Source of the DNA: Octopus bimaculoides
Lineage: Eukaryota
NCBI RefSeq assembly: GCF_001194135.2
Contig: NC_068992.1
Span: 65,509,453 to 65,573,452, forward strand
Direction: 5' to 3'
DNA length: 64,000 bases
Shown: positions 56,111 to 64,000 of the stretch, in pieces
How the letters are laid out: each line of letters begins with the position of its first letter
Numbering within the stretch: position 1 is the first letter of the stretch
The notes under the pieces: generated by a model
Database searches by the model: none
The model's input: the letters and a program-made list of their open reading frames with translations, nothing else
What the model was told of the DNA's origin: nothing
Made by a program: the position numbers and the translations under genes

Positions 56111-56725
56111 AAAATCCCGATTATTTCTCAATATTCTTAAAATATATACGAGTCTCTTCTATGTAGTCAAGTGTTTTGCAAGAAATACCAAGCAAATTCT
56201 GGAAGACTCGTAATTTTAGATGGACAATCGTGGTGGGAAAATACGATCAATGATGGCATAGATACAAACTGCCACAGCGAATGGAAACAAATCGATCTAC
56301 TTCATCTTCCACTTGCAGTAATAGGCTTTGTATCTAAAGAATCAATCATTTCTATCATATTTATGTATAAATATTTCCAGTTTTGTGTGTGTGTGCTTTC
56401 AAGAAATAAAATGTGAAAATTCTTCTTTTTTTTTTTTAATATTACTAAGAGAATTAACGAAACCCTATCATGAGTTTCTCAGTCGGCTCTTAGTATATCG
56501 TGGAACAGCAATTTAGAGATCCTTCGTCATCGAAGGACGGGATGACCTAGTGATCGATACTTGTTATGGATTGAATCTGCATTGATTTGTTGCACAGCAA
56601 TACGAATTCGTAGCTCTCAGTCATGTGTTTAGCCATATACAAACATTCTACCGATAACGAACCCTCATCTTTGGATATAATTTCTTTATTAACTGCTATA
56701 AGTTGCTCAAATTTCATATATTGAT

Positions 56726-56935
56726 TTCAAGTTTTAGCACAAGGCCAGCAATTCCAGGGAGCGTGTAAGTCGATTACATCAACCCCAATGAACAGCTGGT
56801 GCTTATTTCATGACCCCGAAGATATGAAAGACAAAGTTCACCTCGTCAGAATTTCAGCTCCGAACGTACAGACGGATGAAATGCCACTACTAAACATTTT
56901 CTCCGGCGTGATAATGGATCTGCCAACTCGCCGCC
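56726..56935 (-). mobile_element. Full-length SINE family A (210 bp) with perfect 20-bp TSD
   Basis: Starts GGCGGCGAG at 56935 on the minus strand. Flanked by CTCAAATTTCATATATTGAT at 56706-56725 and 56936-56955. Confidence 0.9.
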
Positions 56936-58504
56936 CTCAAATTTCATATATTGATAAACTAAATCCTCTATAGTCACTCTTCGCGTTGTTCATCCTAGCA
57001 GGGATTATATGACGCCATTCACGTCTTGACCGAAGAATGCCTCAGGCTGTTCGATACCAATAGAAGGATACAGGTTGGTCATGGATATGACACCACTCTT
57101 GAGAGCAATATGTACAGATGGATGATTACTTACTGAAAGCCGGACACGGACAGAGCTGGTTGCGCAGTTAGAGCACAGTCATAGCTGTGTAGCTTCCCTA
57201 GACACGAAGGGAATGTGCTGCCACCTGGCAGCATATTGCGATCGTGTGTGTCTACTATAATTTCGGGTGGACAAAAATTTTGTGGATGAAATTTGTTAGA
57301 CGGTAACTTTTTGGAAGCATGTCATGGAAAGGTGACCATTTCTTCTCTTGGATAGTAGAGTTTATCCACCTCCCGGTTTATCTCTGCCACCTGGTCTTTG
57401 AATCGGTGTTTTCTTACCTCTTCAAACTGATCTCTGTCAGAAACGTATGTTAATACAGCCAATTATTTAGTCTTTTCGTTTTGCCACTGCCAAAGCCTTT
57501 CTAATATAAATATATAAATATAGAGTTACATGTTTTTAGGTAGAGTGTGCGTCTATTACGTCTGTTCCATTATTTTACTCAGAGCTATTTTATCAAATGC
57601 ATAAAGATAAAGGAAAGGCGACATGTGTTATTTAATAGAAAGCAGAACGTTAATAACAGAGCGTTCAGTTACGTAACATAATACGCCAATGAAATTTTCC
57701 TCGTTTTTCTAATTCTGTAATCGACGACCGTAATGGGTTCCTACATTAGCACAACACAAATTTTAATATGAAATTATGACTGAGTAAGTCAACCCCCACG
57801 ACTTGACTACCATTTATTTTCTCGAACCCTTAAAGGGAAACGGTAACGTCAATCTTGCTGAGATTCGAAATCAAATATTCATTTACGATTTGCACGTAAA
57901 AACCTCATATCTAAGTGAGATTACAGTCGGTTAAGCAAACCCCACTGCTTCGTTTATCGCCGATATTTCCTTTAACGACTCTGGCAGAATAAAACGTCAA
58001 GTGGTTCTCGACTCAATCAAAGTTCAGAACTTTCAACGAAGTCAGTATCGATTTACAATAGCCACAGAACTTAAAACCTGTGCGGTGGATAATACTCAGC
58101 TAAATCCATCCTAGTACTTGACTCAAAAGGTAAAAGGTTACAACTGCATGGCATCTACCATTTTATTCTATGAGTAACCAATTCTAAAGAGCAGCCACTC
58201 CACAATGACAATATTTCATATTTCATTAGCCAACAGAGTCCAAGATGGGGGAGAGAGTAGATGCAGCGGGGTGGGTGGGGGTTATGCTGATGGAGAGTAA
58301 GCCTGACGAAATCAGCAGCAGCAATACATAACAGGAATTCTGAGACGCGTTGGCCGCGTATTTGGGTTGTGGGAGTGACGGGTTAAGGAACACTCAAGAA
58401 TACCACTACTAGTGTATTACTGGTACTGGTTCAATTCGCACCGGAAGAGAATGAAAGATATCAGCTTTAGCGAATAATTGGGAGGAGGAGGAGGNNNNNN
58501 NNNN

Positions 58505-58752
58505 CCAAAAGATAGTGCTCATGGGAACTGCCCATATCCTACGTAAAATACTGTCTATGTGATCTCAAATTTTAAAGCAAACATAATTTTCTTATGGTTT
58601 CTTAAACATTCACTTGAACAAAACTGTACAAATCCAAATATATGGTACCCTAGGCATAACACCTACATGAACTTCTAACTTGTTGTCTCTTGAGGTCTCT
58701 GGGTGAGACTTGGATCCAACTTGTACAAATGCAAAACAAAAGTTAAACATAA

Positions 58753-58753
<1 letters not shown>
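58505..58753 (+). mobile_element. R4/Dong-clade 3' end (type C)
   Basis: QKIVLMGTAHILRKILSM* (stop 58560-58562), about 190 bp of 3'UTR, then (AAT)n at 58753-58788. The 5' part is lost in the 58495-58504 gap. Confidence 0.85.
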
Positions 58754-58784
<31 letters not shown>

Positions 58785-58789
58785 TAATC

Positions 58790-59300
58790 TTGCTACTCAG
58801 GCCATTACACCTGATCTCGTGGTTAAACATCAGGTTGGCAAACTATGCCTGTTCAATGATATGTTAATCTCATTAGACTGTAACACTTTTGTAAAAACAT
58901 TTGGAAAGTTAAGTAAATAAAAGGACCTTGAAATAGAAACCTGGGAAATGTGGCATCTGAGAACAACACGTGATCATCGAAACTTTGGGGACAGCACCAA
59001 ATGGCGCTTTTAAACACTATGGTGAAATACCAGGAAAACCGCAAGGCATCAGAACTACGAATCATTGTCTTCAAGAGAACTGTCCACATCTGATAAAAAA
59101 CATTGTCAACCTGAAACCATTTGATTCTCTAAAGACCGTATCAAAATTTAAATATTACAAATTTCACAGAATCTTAGTTCTTAGATTCTGGCCTCCGTCG
59201 TTAATTATGAAGAACGTCATTGGTAAAATATCCAACCTGCTGTTACTTGAGGTCTCTGGGGTGAAACTTGGAACAACTCGTATAAAACAAAGCAACAATA
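58790..59300 (+). mobile_element. R4/Dong-clade RLE domain plus 3'UTR, older copy related to type C
   Basis: TPDLVVKHQVGKLCLFNDMLISLDCN...KLSK*KDLEIETWEMWHLRTT / IIETLG. The 3'UTR contains TTGAGGTCTCTGGGGTGAAACTTGG, shared with 58690-58713. It starts directly after the (AAT)n tail of the preceding copy. Confidence 0.75.
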
Positions 59301-59309
59301 ACGTAAAGG

Positions 59310-59830
59310 ATAATAATGGTTACTGATATAGGCAGAAGGTCATCACTTTTGAAGGGACCAGTTTAATTAATTAGACGGTCACCACTATTTGACTGGTATT
59401 TAATTATTCGACCGAGAAAAGCTTTACTTTCTTTTTCTTTCCAACACTGTGTCCAGCATTCGTCTATCTGGTACCTTATTTTATCGACTACGAATGGATA
59501 AAAGCCATAGTTGACCTCGTTCGAGATTTTAAGGGATTCTCCCAGCTCCCCGCTTTTAATAACAACGGTTTCTCATTTTGGCGCGTGACCAGAGATTTTA
59601 AAGGCAGGGGTTTAGTCAAGACCAGCAAACCCGGTTCTTAACGGTTTCTTATTCTATCGACAAGTTAACATGGATGTAGAGAGTCGGAAATAAGACAGCG
59701 TTATTTTATCCAACGTGCCAACAACAACTCCTTCATTTTCGACCATGGTTTCTTACATTGGTACCAGGCGGGCAGTTTTTGAGTGACGGGGCCTTAGTCC
59801 ATTGAATCGGCCATATTATTCATCTAATAT
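59310..59830 (-). mobile_element. Three to four degraded SINE-A fragments
   Basis: Partial matches to the family 3' end and core at about 59310-59425, 59468-59530, 59560-59720 and 59745-59830, all in the same orientation. Confidence 0.5.
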
Positions 59831-59908
59831 TTAAGGGACGATGAAAGAACAATTGACACCGGTAAACAACATCAAAGCCAACAAGCAGTAATAACTTTGT
59901 CTGACATT

Positions 59909-60090
59909 GGCACAGTCAATACCAGAGATTCTGGGGAGAAGGACGAATCGATTAAATCGATATCACTGTGTGAGTGATTGTATATTTTATTGGCACCGAA
60001 AGGATGAAAGGTGAGACTTGAACTCGGAACGAAAAAGACCAAAGAATAAATACCACAAGGTATTTTCACCAATGCTCTATCGATTCTGTC
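59909..60090 (-). mobile_element. SINE family A (array member)
   Basis: GGCACAG...CCGAAAGGATGAAAGG...TTGAACTCGGAACG...CGATTCTGTC. Confidence 0.7.
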
Positions 60091-60304
60091 GTAATGATTT
60101 TTTTCTTTTTTTCAAATTTGACATAATGCCAACATTTCTGTGGGGAGGAATTCTGTTTACTCCAAGAACATGTATGATAACTACAACAACAACAACAATA
60201 CTAATACTACTACTACTACTAATAATAATAATAATAATAATAACAACAACAACAATAACAATATTAATAACAACAACAACAATAATAATAATGATAATAA
60301 TAGT

Positions 60305-60515
60305 GGTTCCAAATTTCAGTACAAGGCCTTAACTTCGGGAAAAGGGGTAAGTCAGTTACATCGACCCCAATATTCGACAGGTAATTATTTTATCGACCCC
60401 TAAAGGATGAAAAGCAATGTCGACTCGGTGGAGTTTGACCTCAAAACGTGAAGAGGGAAAAAATGCCGCTAAGCATTTCACCCGGCGTGCTAACGATGCT
60501 GGTAGCTAGTTGCCT
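60305..60515 (-). mobile_element. SINE family A (array member)
   Basis: GGTTCCAAATTTCAGTACAAGGCC...ATCGACCCCTAAAGGATGAAA...ATGCCGCTAAGCATTTCACCCGGCGTGCTAACGAT...GCCT. Its tail is (AAT/AAC)n at 60170-60304. Confidence 0.85.
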
Positions 60516-60593
60516 CAAGAAGAAGAAGAAGAAGAAGAAGAAGAAGAAGAAGAAGAAGAAGAAGAAGAAGAAGAAGAAGAAGAAGAAGAAAGA

Positions 60594-60814
60594 TAATCTT
60601 TTCTACTAATGGCACAAGGTCTGAAATATTCAGGCTGGGGGATAGTCGATTACATCGACCTCAGTATTGAACTAGTACTTAATTTATCGACCCCGAAAGA
60701 ATGAAAGGCAAACTCGAACTCGGCAGAATTTGAACTCAGAACGTCGAGACAGTCGCAACACCACAAAGCACTAAGCATTTTGACCAGCGTGCTAACGATG
60801 TTGCTAGCTCGCTG

Positions 60815-60815
<1 letters not shown>
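60594..60815 (-). mobile_element. SINE family A (array member)
   Basis: GGCACAAGG...GTCGATTACATCGACCTCAGT...ATCGACCCCGAAAGAATGAAAGGC...GAATTTGAACTCAGAACG...GCGTGCTAACGAT. Its tail is (AAG)n at 60517-60590. Confidence 0.85.
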
Positions 60816-60895
<80 letters not shown>

Positions 60896-60932
60896 TGATG
60901 ATGATGATGATGATGATGATAATAATAATAAT

Positions 60933-61068
60933 AATCCTTTCGACTATAGGCACAAGGCCTGAAATTTTATTGGGGGAGGTGCTAGTCGATCAGATTGACT
61001 TCAGTGTTCAACAGGTATTTGTTTTATCGATCTCGAAAGGATAACATGCAAAGTCGATCTGGAATATT
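60933..61068 (-). mobile_element. SINE family A (array member, 5' part lost)
   Basis: TAGGCACAAGGCCTGAAATTTT...GTTTTATCGATCTCGAAAGGAT. Its tail is (AAT/GAT)n at 60817-60935. Confidence 0.75.
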
Positions 61069-61146
61069 GATAACAATAACAATAAGAATAATGACAAAAA
61101 CAATGACATTGACGATGATGATGATGATGGTGGTGGTGATGAGGTT

Positions 61147-61258
61147 AGTCACAAGGCCAGCAATTCTGTGCGCAGATAGGATTTCGGTCGATCTCAGTAT
61201 TCGACCCTCAAATGTATAAAAATCAAAAACGGCTTCAGCGGGATTTGAACTCATAGCT
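61147..61258 (-). mobile_element. SINE family A (array member, degraded)
   Basis: CACAAGGCCAGCAATT...GGATTTGAACTCATAGC. Confidence 0.6.
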
Positions 61259-62029
61259 TAGAGGAACCAGTGATAATGAAAACAACGATTCCTGCATTTT
61301 TTCCTTTTCTTTTTTATTTATTTTAATTTTATTTACGTTTCGTTTTTTTTTTAAGTGTAGCGAGAAAATTTTAAATATAAAGATAAAAAAAAAATAAACA
61401 TCAAATATTTAACACAAAAAAAGCTGAAAGTAAAATTGGTTGTAATACAACACCAACCACAATAACAACAACGACAAATATGCAACAACAACAGCAACAA
61501 CAATAATAACAACACCAATAATGATAATAGTGTTGGCGGGGTACATACCTCGTTGCGTGGTTTGTGATAGAACAGTTGTAAAACAAGAAAAGCTGAGTAA
61601 GTTTATACAAAATAGTAATTGAAGCCCGTGTGGGGGTACAAATGGCGTTTTCCTCTCCATCATAATAATAACAATAAACATCACCATCATTATCATCTTC
61701 ATCAACAACAGCAGTTGTAGTAGTAGCAGCAGTAGTAGTAGTAGTAGTAGTAGTACATCCCAGAAATATCTATATACATATAAATATATATATATAGATG
61801 GATAGATAGATAGATAGATATGTTAAGTGATATTTATATTCACGACAACTTGTTAGCGTGTTGGTGTGTTTTGTTCTGTTCGATGTGGTGGCTGTTGTTG
61901 TAACTGTGGTGAACGGAGTCTTTTTTTTTAACACTTTGATGCGATTAATTCTTGTTTATTTTGTTTTTGTTTTTGTTTTTGTTATTTTTTTCTCCAATGG
62001 TTTCGTTTAATGGGGTGGTGGTGAGGGTA

Positions 62030-62230
62030 TGTGTGTGTTTACCCTGACCAGCGAGTCACTTGTAAGCAACATCCTTGATATAGTAATGGCGGCGAAGGCG
62101 GCGGCGGCGGCGGCGGTGGCGGCGGTGGTGGTGGCGACGTGGCGGGAAAACGAAAAGTCACGGCGAGAGATATTGAGCGATGGAGTACAGAGGAAAACAG
62201 GAGGAAAAATATAGCGTTTCCCCTCCATAT
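62030..62230. promoter_or_regulatory. GC/CpG-rich island with (GGC)n/(GGT)n tract; putative promoter or 5' UTR region
   Basis: The most conspicuously GC/CpG-rich stretch in the window; (GGC/GGT)n at 62088-62135, about 0.5 kb upstream of the candidate exon. Function is inferred. Confidence 0.4.
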
Positions 62231-62295
62231 ATGCATATGCGCGTGTATACATACATACACACACACATATATATAAATATATAAATATATATATA

Positions 62296-62340
<45 letters not shown>

Positions 62341-62398
62341 NNNNNNNNNNNNNNNNNNNNNNNNNNNNNNNNNNNNNNNNNNNNNNNNNNNNNNNNNN

Positions 62399-62457
<59 letters not shown>

Positions 62458-62740
62458 ACACACTATCTAACATGCATATAGAACGCTCGATAAATGGACA
62501 CCGTTATAGGCATTCATGTGCGTGTGTGAGTGCACATGGGTTCGTGTGCCTGTGTATTTACGTATGACTATATATACGATATTGTTTTATAAATATGAAA
62601 CATGTGTAATATATCTGTATTCCTGGACGACATTTTCATACGCATCATTCACATATAATATATATATATATATATGAATGAATGTATGTATGTATGTATG
62701 TATGATTGTTTGTTGTATACGATGGTGATATGAGCTGGTG

Positions 62741-62864
62741 ATGACTGATGATGCGAAAAGGGGTGATAAACAGCGAGCGAAGTATCAGAAAGAGATGCGC
62801 GAGACCGGGTTGGCCGAAAATACTACGGATCCACCTACAAAGAAGCAGACGATAGTTTGGTTTG
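62741..62864 (+). CDS. Candidate first coding exon of an unidentified gene (41 codons + 1 nt, phase-1 donor); gene would continue beyond the window
   Basis: ATG at 62741 opens MTDDAKRGDKQRAKYQKEMRETGLAENTTDPPTKKQTIVWF, followed directly by G|GTAAGT (62865-62870), a consensus 5' splice site. An in-frame TGA lies a few codons upstream. The segment is non-repetitive, GC- and CpG-rich relative to its flanks. Protein not recognised. Confidence 0.5.
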
Positions 62865-63869
62865 GTAAGTGTTGTAGAAGAAATTACCGGTGCTGATGTT
62901 TGGTAACGCAATATAGGTAAGATTCCTTACGTTATACAAGGCAGGCATACAGACACACACATGTGTAAATGTGTTAGTGTGTTAGTGGAACTGTGAACGT
63001 TTGTGTATATGTTAGTGGAAATGTGTATGTGTATGTGTGCGCGTGTGAATATGTTATTGTATAACAAGCTGGAGTTATCTCTGCATACATAACTATGTGT
63101 GTGTACCTATGTACTTATGAATACGTATATATATATATATATATNNNNNNNNNNNNNNNNNNNNNNNNNNNNNNNNNNNNNNNNNNNNNNNNNNNNNNNN
63201 NNNNNNNNNNNNNNNNNNNNNNNNNNNNNNNNNNNNNNNNNNNNNNNNNNNNNNNNNNNNNNNNNNNNNNNNNNNNNNNNNNNNNNNNNNNNNNNNNNNN
63301 NNNNNNNNNNNNNNNNNNNNNNNNNNNNNNNNNNNNNNNNNNNNNNNNNNNNNNNNNNNNNNNNNNNNNNNNNNNNNNNNNNNNNNNNNNNNNNNNNNNN
63401 NNNNNNNNNNNNNNNNNNNNNNNNNNNNNNNNNNNNNNNNNNNNNNNNNNNNNNNNNNNNNNNNNNNNNNNNNNNNNNNNNNNNNNNNNNNNNNNNNNNN
63501 NNNNNNNNNNNNNNNNNNNNNNNNNNNNNNNNNNNNNNNNNNNNNNNNNNNNNNNNNNNNNNNNNNNNNNNNNNNNNNNNNNNNNNNGATTTGAAACACG
63601 TTTCTGTGTGTAAAACATTTACGAAATCTTTCTGTACTGAGTGTATATAGATACATATATGTGTGTGTGTTTGTGTACGTGTATAGGATGTGTGTATATA
63701 CATGTATCCATGTGTGTGTGAGTGTGTGCGTATGAAAACGTGTGCTTTCGTTTGTTTAATTATGTAAGAATTCGCTCGCGTGGCTCGTCCTTTTGGTTCT
63801 GTTTATTTATGAGAATTATGCGTGCGTGTATATATAAATCTACATACGTCTCGATATGTGTGTAGATGC

Positions 63870-63931
<62 letters not shown>

Positions 63932-64000
63932 GCGTGTATATTGTTGTGTTCGAATGTGTGTATTTATAAGAGTTTAACTATTTGTATAAACATAGCTGTG

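Noticed and set aside
57418-57500. 83-nt minus-strand segment with TAG acceptor and GAG|GTAAGA donor; one frame starts KGFGSGKT (P-loop-like)
   Set aside because: Stops in all three frames and incorrect Walker A spacing; at most a non-coding exon, and such sites are expected by chance.
62841-62864. KKQTIVWF resembles the plant cryptochrome/photolyase start KKTIVWFRRDLR
   Set aside because: The codon after Phe starts with G at the splice donor, so it cannot be Arg; five residues are not enough evidence.

Overview
Eukaryotic, AT-rich, very microsatellite-dense non-coding DNA. About 6.1 kb is N in 16 gaps, most bordered by simple repeats. The repeat content resembles a cephalopod (Octopus-like) short-read assembly; this is inferred, not searched. 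No complete gene is present, and all long ORFs in the supplied track are artefacts of N-runs or microsatellites. Recognisable content: (i) many copies of at least four SINE-like families, three with readable target-site duplications; (ii) nine fragments of R4/Dong-clade (RLE-type) non-LTR retrotransposons, nearly all anchored in (TAA)n tracts in one fixed orientation; (iii) a CR1/L2-type RT C-terminal fragment; (iv) a Penelope-like GIY-YIG endonuclease remnant; (v) a 126-bp Tc1/mariner-type MITE; (vi) a CpG-rich zone at 62-63 kb with a plausible first coding exon (62741-62864, ending in G|GTAAGT) of an unidentified gene that continues beyond the window. The most interesting pattern is a recurring SINE-tail/microsatellite/LINE arrangement. 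SINE-A copies chain head-to-tail through their (ATT)n tails, and Dong-like LINEs sit in those tails in the opposite orientation (four tail-to-tail junctions). I found no evidence of a wholly new protein-coding system.
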